Positions 38,896-49,527 of a stretch of 64,000 nucleotides of DNA are shown piece by piece. Made by a program: the position numbers and the translations under genes. The notes under the pieces are model-generated. The model worked only from the letters and a program-made list of their open reading frames with translations, was not told the origin of the DNA and did not search any database. This DNA comes from a virus: positions 49,195 through 113,194 of IMG/VR virus record IMGVR_UViG_3300045115_000211; one strand, written 5' to 3'. Numbering within the stretch: the stretch's first letter is position 1; each line of letters begins with the position of its first letter.

Positions 38896-40074
38896 ATGAG
38901 CCCCGTCGCCCGTCAGACTCGAAGAACGCCCGCCACGGAAGACGGGAAGCGCCCCAACCACCACCTCGTCCTCAAGGAGATCGAGGACATATTCGGCGAG
39001 CCCTGCGTCCTGCGCGAGCACAGGGACATCCACATCTCCAACGGCAAGCCCACGGAGAGGGACCTCATCGTCTCCACCCACCCCCTCCTCGGACAACCCT
39101 ACGTCCACTGCTCACTGTCGAGGTGCAACGTCGTGGCGCCGGGCCAGGGCGTCACCGTCATGGCCTGCCGCAGCCGCCCGAACCTCAAGTACGCCTTCGC
39201 CTACGGCCCGGTCTCAGACGTCCAGATCATGATGGCGTTCCCCAGGCGCCACCAGCTCGACATCCTGCTCTGCCTCTCCAGGAGGGCTAGGAAGGAGAAC
39301 CCCGACATCGCCATCCCGGTCATCGAAGCCTCGACCATGAGGATCTTCGAGGCCGCCACCCTTGGCTTCCTCTCCAGGCGCAGGAAACTGATGGACATGG
39401 GCATCCGCATGTCCAGGGGCGTCGTCCTCTCGGGACCCCCGGGCAACGGCAAGACCATGCTGTGCGCGTGGCTGCAGGAGAAGGCCAAGTCCATGGGACT
39501 GTCCGTGTCCCGCATCGAGGGAGGCGCCCTGCACACCATCTACGGCAGGGGACAGCTCACCGACCACCTCGCCTCCCACGACATCACCATCCTCGACGAC
39601 TTCGACGTCGATGTCCTCCGGCGCAAGGGCGCGTCGGCCCCCCTCGCCTGCGCCCTGCTCACCGCCATGGACTTCGACAAGGCAAGGAAGCCCTGCCTGC
39701 GCGTCGTCACGACCAACGAGGAGCCCAGCGACATCGACCCCGCCTTCCTCCGGCCGGGCAGGCTGGAAACCATCATCCGCATCGACCCCCCGACCGACGA
39801 CATGCGCTCCGCCCTCGCCATGTCGTGGCACCCCGCCCTCTCCACCCGCCTGCTCGACGCCCCCGGCAACGGCTCAACCATCGATGACCTCGTCAGGGCC
39901 ACGAGGGGCATGTCCTTCGCCGAGATGGACCTCGTCAAGGCGGAGCTCGCCACCGTCCTCATCGAGAGGGACGAGTGGAGCCTCCCCGACGCCCTCGCGT
40001 CCTTCAGGTCCAAACGCGCCGGCGTCGCCGAGATGTCGTCAGGAGGCAAGGGGCTGAAGGGGTTCAAGGAATGA
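38896..40074 (+). CDS. AAA+ ATPase
   Basis: GPPGNGKT, ILDDFD, TTN...IDPAFLRPGRL. Confidence 0.9.
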   Translation: MSPVARQTRRTPATEDGKRPNHHLVLKEIEDIFGEPCVLREHRDIHISNGKPTERDLIVSTHPLLGQPYVHCSLSRCNVVAPGQGVTVMACRSRPNLKYAFAYGPVSDVQIMMAFPRRHQLDILLCLSRRARKENPDIAIPVIEASTMRIFEAATLGFLSRRRKLMDMGIRMSRGVVLSGPPGNGKTMLCAWLQEKAKSMGLSVSRIEGGALHTIYGRGQLTDHLASHDITILDDFDVDVLRRKGASAPLACALLTAMDFDKARKPCLRVVTTNEEPSDIDPAFLRPGRLETIIRIDPPTDDMRSALAMSWHPALSTRLLDAPGNGSTIDDLVRATRGMSFAEMDLVKAELATVLIERDEWSLPDALASFRSKRAGVAEMSSGGKGLKGFKE

Positions 40075-40115
40075 CAGCCGTTGACTCCCGAAGACGCCAA
40101 CGCTAGAATGCCCCC

Positions 40116-40424
40116 ATGAGACCCAAGTCGGCACTCAGGAACAGGGCGGAATGGCTCGCCACCCGCGAGGCGTGGGACGAGGAAAGGGGCATCCAGCTCG
40201 CCGCCCTCCAGGTCGAGCTCGCCCGCCGCATCGAGGAGAAGTCCCAGAAGACCCTCAACCGCCTCGAAGGCCTCGGCGACCACGCCGCCATCACGGCGAT
40301 CGCCCACGCCATGCCCGACTCCGTCATGAAGTTCTATGCCCTCCAGTCCGCCTCGAAGGCCAAGGAAAAGACCAAGGGAAAGGCCGCCCGCGGAGGGGAC
40401 GCTGCCGGCGGGGACAAGCCATGA
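40116..40424 (+). CDS. hypothetical protein (leaderless start)
   Basis: ATG 6 nt after TAGAAT. Confidence 0.6.
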   Translation: MRPKSALRNRAEWLATREAWDEERGIQLAALQVELARRIEEKSQKTLNRLEGLGDHAAITAIAHAMPDSVMKFYALQSASKAKEKTKGKAARGGDAAGGDKP

Positions 40425-41400
40425 GCACGGACAGGAAGCCAACCCTCGTGACGGGAAAGGCGGCCGTCCTCCGCGTCCACCCCGACGAAGGACTCGTCCT
40501 CGTCTTCGCCCCGGCGGGGGACCCCCTGCATACCTTCCTGCCGACCGCGGCCGTCCACTACGGCCCCAAGGGCCGCCGCCGAAGCCTACGTCAGACGCAG
40601 GGATGACTACAGGGACGCCAAGGAAGAAGCCCACATCGGATGGAAGCACGCCTGGCAAGGCACCATGCGCGACGCCGAAGGACTCCTCAACGTCGTCACC
40701 GCCGTCTCCGACGCCAAGGACGCCGACGGGGAGACCAGGATCCAACTGTCCCGCGAGGACGCCGAGTTCGTCGGCAGGCACACGGATGCCCTGGACGCGC
40801 AACCCAAGGAGGCACAGTGAGCATCGGGACCTGGAAGAAGGAGTTCTACCCCACCACCGCCGCCGAGGCCTGCGACGAGTCCAAGGCCGCAGGCAGCGAC
40901 CTCCCTGCCATCCTCCACTCGATCCGGAAGTGGGAAGGCCTGCGCCCCAAGAACCTAGCCAGGCATTGCCTCAGCAAGGACGGAGGCAACAACCGCCTGC
41001 TCAGCCTAGGCCAGCAATCCTTCGTCGTCAACGACGACACCTGCGCCCTCTGCCATGCCCATACCCCCGGCCAGCATGGCCAGCCCCCTCGCGTCGCCAG
41101 GCCCCAATGCCACGAGCCCCCGAGGTGCCCCGTCGTCCTGCTGGCGAACGACTGCGACGACTACTCCAGCCCCTATCTCCACTGGTGCGACACGGGCAGC
41201 CCAATGAGAATGCTCAAGGTCCTCAAGGAAGCCGCCAGGATGGCCGCCAGGGCGTCCAAGGCGGCCAAGGCAGCCAGGAAGGCATCGAAGCCCAGGGACG
41301 GCCGCCGCGACGCCCAGAAGGGCAAGGAAGCCCACGGGGGCGCACGGGAAGAGCGGGAAGCACGGGAAGCACGGGAAGCGCGGAACGAAGGAGGAACGCC

Positions 41401-42036
41401 ATGAGACACGACTGCCCCAACCCCATGTCGTTGTGCGGCGACAGGACGCTCCGACAGTCCAAGGCCCTCGCCAACGACAGGAAGACCGTCATCGCCTCGG
41501 CGACCGGCCAAGCCGCGCACATCGCAAGGATACTCTCCGCCGTCGCCGCCAACGCAAGGACAGCCAAGGCCACCGTGTCAAGGCCCGACGCCAACGGGGA
41601 CATGTCCATCGCCACCACGACGGATGAGCTGGGGATCACCGGCAGCGATTGGGTCGCAATGGCGGGCAAGTCCGCCGGCAGCAGGATCGTGTCGGAGCTC
41701 GTCGGCACCGCCCTGCTGCTCGCCAACCTCCAGGAGGCGGCCGCCAAGGCAGGCGAGACGGACTTCCACGGATACAGGCATGTCTCGTTCGGCCTGAAGA
41801 TCGTGCCGTCCAACAGGGGAGTGACCACCCTGTTCCACGGCTCGCTGATCGATGACCTGGCGGAATGCTTCTCCGCCGACAACTCCCAGGCGTACTGGCC
41901 ACCGGGGTCGGATCCATGCTGTCCTTGGAAGCCCGCGTCCTGCGCTCCCAGGCAAGGACGCGCCAAGCGAGGGAAGCCCCGGTGGAGTCCCGTCCGGAGG
42001 AGTCCCGTCCGGAGGGGCAGGGATGCCCAAGTTTGA
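41401..42036 (+). CDS. hypothetical protein flanked by 21-bp direct repeats
   Basis: ACGAAGGAGGAACGCCATGAG at 41385-41405 and 42045-42065. Confidence 0.6.
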   Translation: MRHDCPNPMSLCGDRTLRQSKALANDRKTVIASATGQAAHIARILSAVAANARTAKATVSRPDANGDMSIATTTDELGITGSDWVAMAGKSAGSRIVSELVGTALLLANLQEAAAKAGETDFHGYRHVSFGLKIVPSNRGVTTLFHGSLIDDLAECFSADNSQAYWPPGSDPCCPWKPASCAPRQGRAKRGKPRWSPVRRSPVRRGRDAQV

Positions 42037-42258
42037 CGTCAAGGACGAAGGAGGAACGCCATGAGCGACGGACAGATCGGCCTGCACACCCTGCTGCTCG
42101 GCAAGCAGGCGACGCTTTGCACGGGGGAAAAGACCACGATAGTCGCCGTGTGGACGGACGGCGGGATTCTGTGCTTGGCCTTGGCGAACGAGCAAGGCAG
42201 GCTACAGGTAGCCCTCTTCGGCAAGCACTCGTCGAGCGACCTGAAGGTCATCCTGTAG

Positions 42259-42403
42259 GCGGCACAGTGGCCTATATGCCTCATCGCGGGGGCGACATGT
42301 TCTCCGGGTGCCCACCCACTCGCTCGCAGGCGGGCTTGTGCACCCACTCCAGAAAGGCTCGTTGGGCTTCCGCGTCCGGACACCCACCCACTTCGGCTAC
42401 CAT
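42259..42403. other. candidate replication origin
   Basis: intergenic; C-rich to G-rich skew flip; three CACCCACT copies (42313, 42341, 42385). Confidence 0.55.
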
Positions 42404-43453
42404 ATGGGTGCCATGAAGTCAACGAAGCACCGGCATGTCGCCGGGCGGGCGGCCGAAAGGCTGGACGCCGCCCTGCGGGTGGACGCCGACGCCGCCAGGC
42501 GCGAGCACGCCCTCGTGGCGATGGCGACGCTGCTCGTCTCCGGGGGCTGCCGCGCCTGCTCGTCCCCGCGGGAGGTGAACCGGCTGATGCCCGACGGGGA
42601 GTGGTTCCGCACGCGGCACGAGCTGAGGCGCGTCACGGGCGGGCGGAAGGCGGCGCTGCGGAGGCTCGCCGCCGGCGGGATCGTGCCTGCCGGCCGTTTC
42701 GGGGCATGGTCGCCCGACTTCTGGGCTGGCTTGCGGCTTTCCGGCGCGATCCATCCCGACAGCCATCCGAGGGAGTGGGTCGTGAGGTTCCCGCGCAGGC
42801 ACGAGGCGTTGCTGGAGGACATGCTGGGCGAGGCGCCGTTCATGCGCCGCTGGTCGGACTCCAAGCGTGGGGTGACGCTCTGGTCGCTGTGGGCGGCGGA
42901 GATGGGGGCCGACGATCCGGCGGGCGCCGGCGTGCTGGCGGGGCTGATGGCTGGGGCGCGCAGGCTGGACGACGGACAGGGGATGGGGTGGGCCGTGGTG
43001 ACGGACTCCTTGGGCGCCAGGCGGCTTCTGGGGGATCTGATGGTGCCTTTCGTTGTGGAGCGGCGGAGGCGGGGGCTGGCGTTGAGCCCGTTCTGGGGGG
43101 CGCTGGTGGCGCACATGATGCCTGCGGCGAGCGCGGAGAGGTACAGGCTGTGGCTTCGGCCGGCGTGCTGTCCCTTGCTGCCGTGGGCGTTCCTGGCGCA
43201 CGCCTGGGGGAAGGGGTTCGCCGGGATGAGGCGGCACGTGCCGTGGGCGTCGGCGCGTCCGTGGGCGATCAGGGGCAGGTTCCCCACGGAGGGCAGGCGG
43301 CTCCGGAGGGCTGGCCTGGACAGGCTGGGGTTCCTGGGCGTGTCGCCCGTGTTGAGGGCCGCCTGGCTGGAGGGGGCGCGTCGGAAGGGGCTTGACTTCG
43401 AAGGGGGGATGTGTCATGATGGTCTCGTGAAAGGGGAGGAAGGGACGCCATGA
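42404..43453 (+). CDS. hypothetical Arg/Trp-rich protein next to the skew switch
   Basis: long ORF; start 42404 or 42413. Confidence 0.65.
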   Translation: MGAMKSTKHRHVAGRAAERLDAALRVDADAARREHALVAMATLLVSGGCRACSSPREVNRLMPDGEWFRTRHELRRVTGGRKAALRRLAAGGIVPAGRFGAWSPDFWAGLRLSGAIHPDSHPREWVVRFPRRHEALLEDMLGEAPFMRRWSDSKRGVTLWSLWAAEMGADDPAGAGVLAGLMAGARRLDDGQGMGWAVVTDSLGARRLLGDLMVPFVVERRRRGLALSPFWGALVAHMMPAASAERYRLWLRPACCPLLPWAFLAHAWGKGFAGMRRHVPWASARPWAIRGRFPTEGRRLRRAGLDRLGFLGVSPVLRAAWLEGARRKGLDFEGGMCHDGLVKGEEGTP

Positions 43454-43905
43454 CGAGGGACTGGACGAGGGTGGACTGGGGGCTGCAGGACGTGGAGATC
43501 GCCTGCGGGATGGGCGTGACGCGCCAGGCGGTGCACCAGCGGCGTCCCGAGGGGTCCGTGGCGGCGAGGAAGAGGCGGCGCGTCGTGCCGACGGCGATGG
43601 CGCGGATCGAGGCGATGGACACGTCGGGGATGGAGCTCCCGAGGGTGGCCTTGCTGGCGGGGTGCACGGAGCGGCACGCGATGAAGGTGCTTTCGGGGAT
43701 GGGGAAGGCGTACAGGCGCCGTCCGAGGGGGAACGCGAGGTACGACTGGGGGAGGTTCCCAGAGGGGTGGCGGCGGATGACGGACAAGCAGATAGCGGCC
43801 GAGGTGGGCGTGGGGGACCCGGCCGTGGTGACGCAGTGGCGCAACAGGCATGGCTACCGCCGGCGCGGGGTGGCCGTGGAGGCGGGGAAGGAGCGTGCGG
43901 GTTGA
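43450..43905 (+). CDS. multi-HTH DNA-binding protein
   Basis: DVEIACGMGVTRQAV and TDKQIAAEVGV...VTQWR. Confidence 0.7.
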   Translation: MTRDWTRVDWGLQDVEIACGMGVTRQAVHQRRPEGSVAARKRRRVVPTAMARIEAMDTSGMELPRVALLAGCTERHAMKVLSGMGKAYRRRPRGNARYDWGRFPEGWRRMTDKQIAAEVGVGDPAVVTQWRNRHGYRRRGVAVEAGKERAG

Positions 43906-44831
43906 GCGTGCTGTTCATGCTGGGATGGCTGTGGTGGGGGCTGCTGGGGCTGGCGAGCGTGCTGGTCGCCGTCGCCGGGGTGTGCACCGTCATCCGGGAG
44001 TCGTCCGAGACGGAGATGGACTTCAAGAACGGGATCGCGTGGCGGAGGCAGGAGACCAGGCATCGCGACCGTTGGCTGCGGCAGCACTTCGGGGAGGAGG
44101 GGCGTCGGCGCTGGCTCCTGAACCTTGAGGCGTGGGAGGCGTTCAAGGCCGTGATGGTCTTCGACGAGAAGGGGAAGGCCGTCAGGCGGCTTGAGGCGTT
44201 CAAGGCGGCGTACCCCGGGTGGTACGACGGGGCGAGGCGGAACGCGGCCGGGGGGAGCGACGGGTTCGTGCCGTTCGCCTATTCCCCGGCGCCTTGGGGG
44301 ACGCGTCCCATGGTGCTGCGCCGCAAGCCGCAGTGGGGCGACGACGAGGACAGGGAGTATCCCTCCAGGCATTCGGCGAAGGGCAACAGGGTCAGGGGGA
44401 GGGAGCCCACCGGCGGCATGGGCGTGCATGGGGAGCCGATGGGGATCGACTGGCTGGCGGCGGGCTTCTGGGATCCCGTCGTGGTCGATGGGGCCGTGGT
44501 CGACCCGATCGACGAGCTGCGTCGCGACTACAGGTCGTACTGGCTCCATGAGGGCTTCCTCTTCGGGAACAACCTCGCCGACAGGGACTTCGAGGCGAGG
44601 CTGGTCGATGAGGCGAGGGAGGCATGCCTGCGGACGAGCGGGGGCACCGCCCCGGGGACGCTCAACGAGGGCCCTGCCGAGCGGCGTCCCCTCTACCTGC
44701 ACAACCCGAGGCTGGCGCGCGTGCCGCCCAGGAAGCCGTGACGGTCGCGTGGCGTGCCCACTGGATGCGCCTGGGGGTTGACTCGCGGGCGTCCCCGTGG
44801 CATGATGCGGGCATGAAGGGAGGGATCCGCC

Positions 44832-45383
44832 ATGGCTGAGATGGGAAGGTTCCAAGGGAGTCTGGACGGCGAGGTGATGCCCCGGCTGGTCGTCGGGGCG
44901 ACGGGGCGCAGGTTCCGGGGCCGCGAGGTGGTGTCGTTCAGGCATCCGCCGGGGCTGTTCGGGACGCGGGCGACGGGGAGGGAGCGGGTGCGCGAGGGGA
45001 CGGTGGCGAACGGGCTGCTGAACCAGTGCGCGATCACGGACCCCCCGACGCCGTACTGGGCGGTGATGGACGCGATGTGCTCGCTCAAGTCGGGCTTCAC
45101 GAAGCGGCAGGCGATCGACGCCGCGGTGGGGCACGTGGGCGAGGGCAAGCGGCGGGCGTGCGAGATCGCGTGGGACGTGCTGCGCAACCACCACAGGCAC
45201 GAGCGCAAGCGCGACGCGGGGATGGGGTTCATGGTCGACACGCTGGAGGGCGGCAGGATGGCGGTGCGCGCGAGGGCGCCCGGCGAGACGCTGGCGTACT
45301 TCGCGGCGGAGCGCGGCCGCAGGGAGGCGGCGGAGGCGGTGCTGGCGGGGGACGGGCAGGGCGGGGCGCAGGACGGAGGGTGA
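44832..45383 (+). CDS. hypothetical protein
   Basis: promoter 44778; GGAGG RBS. Confidence 0.65.
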   Translation: MAEMGRFQGSLDGEVMPRLVVGATGRRFRGREVVSFRHPPGLFGTRATGRERVREGTVANGLLNQCAITDPPTPYWAVMDAMCSLKSGFTKRQAIDAAVGHVGEGKRRACEIAWDVLRNHHRHERKRDAGMGFMVDTLEGGRMAVRARAPGETLAYFAAERGRREAAEAVLAGDGQGGAQDGG

Positions 45384-47077
45384 CGATGGTCAGCGAAGGA
45401 GGCTTGCCGGGCGGCATCCTGAGGGTCAGTCTCGCCCCGCGGGCGAGGACGGCGGCCCTTCCAAGGCCACGCTCGTCTTCGGGATCGGCGACGCCAGGGA
45501 CGTGAGCGCGTCGGCGGTGGAGGCGGCGAGGCCCGTGCCCGGGAGCCGTCGCGTGGAGGCGATCATGGGCGGGCGCGGGGGGAAGGCAGTGGGACGGGAG
45601 GAGTCCCGAAAGGCGGAGGTTCTGGGGCTCGCCGGCAGGCTCGCCGACCTCGTGGCGGCGGGCGACGCCGTGACGGGCGAGATGAGGGCCCTCGCCATGG
45701 CGATCCGCTCGGCCCTCGGCGCAGGGCCGCTGGGGGAGTCGGCGCAGGGCAGGGCGAAGGCGGGAGACCTGGTGCCGGGCGGCATCTACGTGGCGAAGGG
45801 CAGGCCGCAGGGCGAGTTCGACTGGGAGTACGTCGGCAAGGTGGATGGCGATCCGGCGAGGTTCCGGATGAGGCGCGAGGGGATGGGCCCGACGGTCGAG
45901 CTGCTGGGCGACCACGGCCTTGCGCCCTACGACGCGCAGGGGAAGTTCTGGCATCCGACGAACTGGACGGAGGGGACGGGAGTGGGTGCGGGCACGGCGA
46001 GGGCCGTGGCGGAGGCGGCTGGCCGCGACGCCCCGGACGTGTCGTTCCCGACGGAGGACGGGGATGGGTTTCCTGGAGTTGGCGCTTGAGGACTCGCCGT
46101 ATTCCGAGTGGCTCGTCGATGACGAGGACCGCGGGAGGAGGCTCGTGCACGCCTCGATGGGGCGTCTGGACGAGTCGTGGGCCTCGGCGCGCAGGACGAC
46201 GCTGTCGGTGATGTGCGTCGTCGTGGCGTGCGCGGGCCGCGCCGACCGTCCCCTGGCGAGGCGGCTGGTGCTCTCGATGGCGGGGATGATGTCCAGGATG
46301 TGCGACTTCTGGTCGTCGAACGCCGGGTCGGTGACGGCGGGGCTGCCGGAGACGTCGGAGCTCAAGGCGGAGTCGGACGCGACCGACGTCCTTGGCCAGG
46401 AGCTGGGCGGGAAGGCCGACGGGCTGCTCGCGGGGGTGATGGTCACGATGCTGGTGGAGCTGCCGGCGTCGTGGCGGGCGCACTTCGGGCTGGCGGCGGA
46501 CGCCGTCAGGTCGCTGGGCGGGCTGCTGTCGCCCGACGACGCGTCGTGGGCGGCGAGGCAGGCGGCGGAGGAGCAGCGCGCGATGATGGCTGGCCTCGTG
46601 GCCGAGCTGGAGGACGCGACGTCGCCGGGGTCGGCGGCCTTGCGGGCGGCGGAGTCCTGGGCCGGCAGGGCGAGGGCGACGCACGCCGCGCACGCGGGGC
46701 TGGGGCAGCGCGCCGCGATGGCGGCTGTGGTGAGGGCGGCTGGGTTCCCGAGCGCGGGGTGAGGGTGAGGCATGCCTTTCGGGGTGGACGTCAAGGTGAG
46801 GGGGACGTGCGTGACGAGGAACGGGGAGTTCCCCGTGGCGCGCATGGCGTGCACACTGGATGGCGGGCAGGCGGACCTGCGCTTCGTGTCCGAGCGGCTG
46901 CGCAGGTCGCTGCGCTCCGGGGCGAGGCTGCGCGCGGAGGACATGGACAGGTTCTGCGAGGAGTGGCTGCGGATGCGGGGGCGTCCACTGGATGCGGACG
47001 CCGCCAGGCGCAGGGCGCGGCTGCGCGACCTGATCGCCAGGATGTCCCGCGAGGCCGACGCGCTGTAGAATGCGCGC

Positions 47078-47926
47078 ATGAGCATGTCCGCCGTAGTCGG
47101 GGCCATACCCATTCCGCTCGTCGACCACAGGGCCGTGGAGTCGTCCGTGGGCTTCGCGATGCCGTCCGATCCCGGGGTGGCGGTGTTCGAGCTGATCGCG
47201 TCGGAGATGTCGGCCATCGGCGGCGTGGGGATCGTCGAGATGGACGGCGACGGGGTGTTCTGCGCGTGGAACCCGCCCCCGATGGGGCCCGAGGTTGACG
47301 GGCGCCGCGTGGTCTACCTTTCCCACATGGTGCAGGCCGGGCTGATGGCCATGCCGCTCCAGCAGATCGCGAACACGGCGTACGCTGGCAACGGGCTTCC
47401 GCTGGCGCGCGCGATCATCTCGATGGCGCCCCTGAACCCGTACGTGGCGGAGCGCGACTCCGGGATGCTCGCGGACGCGATGCCCTTCAGCCCGCAGGCG
47501 TGGCTCGCGCACGGGCTGGTGCTGATGGAGGTCGGGAAGCCGAGGCTGGCGGCGGCCGCCCTGTCGGTGGCGTCGGACCTTGACCCCTCGGAGCACCTCG
47601 CCCTCAAGTGCCTCGCCATATGCCACACGGGCTCGGCGCCGCACAAGGCCGTGGCCGCGGCGGAGGGCATGCTGGAGGCGATGGCCGCGGAGGGCACGCC
47701 GCCCGACCAGCACGCGCGGGCGGCGTACGGGTTCGCCCTGCTGTCGGCGGGGATGAGGGTCGAGGCGAAGGCGCAGTTCATGGCCGCCGGGCTGCCGATG
47801 CCGGCGATGACCCCCAGGCAGTGGCGGGACTGGGGCAGCAGGCTGCAGATCGAGGAGCTCATCCCGGCGATGCGCGACCCGGCGAGGTCCAGGCCGAAAG
47901 CCGTTGACTCCGGCAGCCGGGCGTGA
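47078..47926 (+). CDS. TPR-like repeat protein (leaderless start)
   Basis: PQAWLAHGLVL...G...A...LDP helical repeats; ATG 6 nt after TAGAAT. Confidence 0.6.
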   Translation: MSMSAVVGAIPIPLVDHRAVESSVGFAMPSDPGVAVFELIASEMSAIGGVGIVEMDGDGVFCAWNPPPMGPEVDGRRVVYLSHMVQAGLMAMPLQQIANTAYAGNGLPLARAIISMAPLNPYVAERDSGMLADAMPFSPQAWLAHGLVLMEVGKPRLAAAALSVASDLDPSEHLALKCLAICHTGSAPHKAVAAAEGMLEAMAAEGTPPDQHARAAYGFALLSAGMRVEAKAQFMAAGLPMPAMTPRQWRDWGSRLQIEELIPAMRDPARSRPKAVDSGSRA

Positions 47927-47938
47927 GAGCATCGCGGC

Positions 47939-48241
47939 GTGAGGCACGAGTGCAAGGGCTGCGGCGGGACGTTCGACTCCGGCGCCGGGCAGATGGTCAG
48001 GCGCAAGGGGGAGTGGATCTGCGCCGGCTGCTACTCGCCCCGGGTGGACGGGCTTGCGCCGAGGGCGGAGAGGGCGGGCGCGAGGATCGGCCCGTCCGTG
48101 AGGGGCAGGCTGGGCAAGCCGGAGCCGGTCGTGGACGGGTCGAGGCCAGCGGCGCAGGCGAAGCCGGCTGCGCAGGCGAAGCCGGATGCCGCTCCGGTCG
48201 GCGAGGTGGACTTCTGGCAGGGCGACGACTTCTGGGGATGA
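47939..48241 (+). CDS. zinc-ribbon protein
   Basis: CKGC...CAGC; GTG 6 nt after -10. Confidence 0.55.
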   Translation: MRHECKGCGGTFDSGAGQMVRRKGEWICAGCYSPRVDGLAPRAERAGARIGPSVRGRLGKPEPVVDGSRPAAQAKPAAQAKPDAAPVGEVDFWQGDDFWG

Positions 48242-48494
48242 CGATGGGCAAGGCGTTGGGAATCGCGATTCTTCTGGCGGGGCTGGCGCTGCTGGCCACG
48301 TGCGCCATCGACCTCGCTTCCAGGATGTCGGACGACCGCGCCGCCCACGAGGGGCTGGCGGCCGCGGCCAGGGAAGAGGGCTATGCCGAGTGCCTGTCCG
48401 ACGTGCTCGGGGTGGTGTCGGACGGCGGCGGCATCGACGAGGTGCTCGCCTTCGCGAGGTCGAGGGCCGACGGCATCTCGAAGGGGGAGCCGCG

Positions 48495-49448
48495 GTGAGG
48501 ATCCTGGTCACCGGCGGCGCCGGCTACGTGGGCAGCGTCGTGACGAGGCTCCTGCTCGACCGCGGCCACGAGGTGGCGGTGCTGGACAACCTTGAGGCCG
48601 GGCACAGGAAGGCCATCGACCCGAGGGCGGCGTTCCTGGAGGGCGACCTGCGTCGCACGGACGACGCCTCCGACGTCGTGGAGATCGTCACGGGGCTCAG
48701 GCCGGAGGCGGTGGTCCACATGGCGGCGTACGCCCTGGTCGGCGAGTCCGTCCTGAACCCGTGGATGTACCTGAACAACAACGTCGGCGGCGGCGTGAAC
48801 CTGCTGCACGCGATGTGGGTGTCGGGGTGCCGCCGGATCGTGTTCTCTTCGAGCTGCGCCACGTACGGGAACCCGGACTTCCTGCCCATCACGGAGGCGC
48901 ATCGCCAGGCCCCTGTCAGCCCCTACGGGGAGTCGAAGCTGATGTTCGAGCGCATGCTCAGGGTGATGTCGGGGGAGATCCGCTCCACCTCGCTGCGGTA
49001 CTTCAACGCCTGCGGGGCGTGGGAGGGGCTGGGGGAGGACCACGATCCGGAGACCCACCTGGTCCCGAACGCGTGCAAGGCGGTCCTGGGGCAAGGCGAG
49101 CCCCTGGTGGTGCACGGGGACGGGTCGCAGGTGAGGGACTACGTCCACGTGAGGGACATCGCCCAGGCGCACGTGCTCGCCCTTGAGCAGGACGTGGCGG
49201 GCGAGATGAACCTCGGCACCGGGATCGGGCACAGCGTGTCGGAGGTCGTCGCCGCGGTGTCGGCCGCGGCCGGCCGAGAGGTCCCCCTCCGCTTCGGGCC
49301 GCCCCGTCCGGGCGATCCGTCGAGGCTGGTCGCCGACCCTCGGCTCGCCGTCGAGAGGCTCTCGTGGCGCCCGTCCATCCCCCTGGAGGAGAGCGTGAGG
49401 TCGGCCCTCGAATGGCACGGGTCCCGCCCCAGGGGATATGGGGGTTGA
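48495..49448 (+). CDS. galE: UDP-glucose 4-epimerase
   Basis: TGGAGYVGS, FSSSCATYG, YGESK, LRYFN, GEDHDPETHL, RDYVHV. Confidence 0.93.
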   Translation: MRILVTGGAGYVGSVVTRLLLDRGHEVAVLDNLEAGHRKAIDPRAAFLEGDLRRTDDASDVVEIVTGLRPEAVVHMAAYALVGESVLNPWMYLNNNVGGGVNLLHAMWVSGCRRIVFSSSCATYGNPDFLPITEAHRQAPVSPYGESKLMFERMLRVMSGEIRSTSLRYFNACGAWEGLGEDHDPETHLVPNACKAVLGQGEPLVVHGDGSQVRDYVHVRDIAQAHVLALEQDVAGEMNLGTGIGHSVSEVVAAVSAAAGREVPLRFGPPRPGDPSRLVADPRLAVERLSWRPSIPLEESVRSALEWHGSRPRGYGG

Positions 49449-49527
49449 CTCCCCACCCACCTTCCGGCATGATGTGTGGCGAGTCAAGGACGGGAAGGCC
49501 GTCCGCAACACAAGGAAGGAGCGACGG

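Noticed and set aside
41342-41384. 9-bp tandem repeat (also 15-bp x2 near 41985 and 18-bp x2 near 48150)
   Set aside because: In-frame low-complexity coding repeats without spacers
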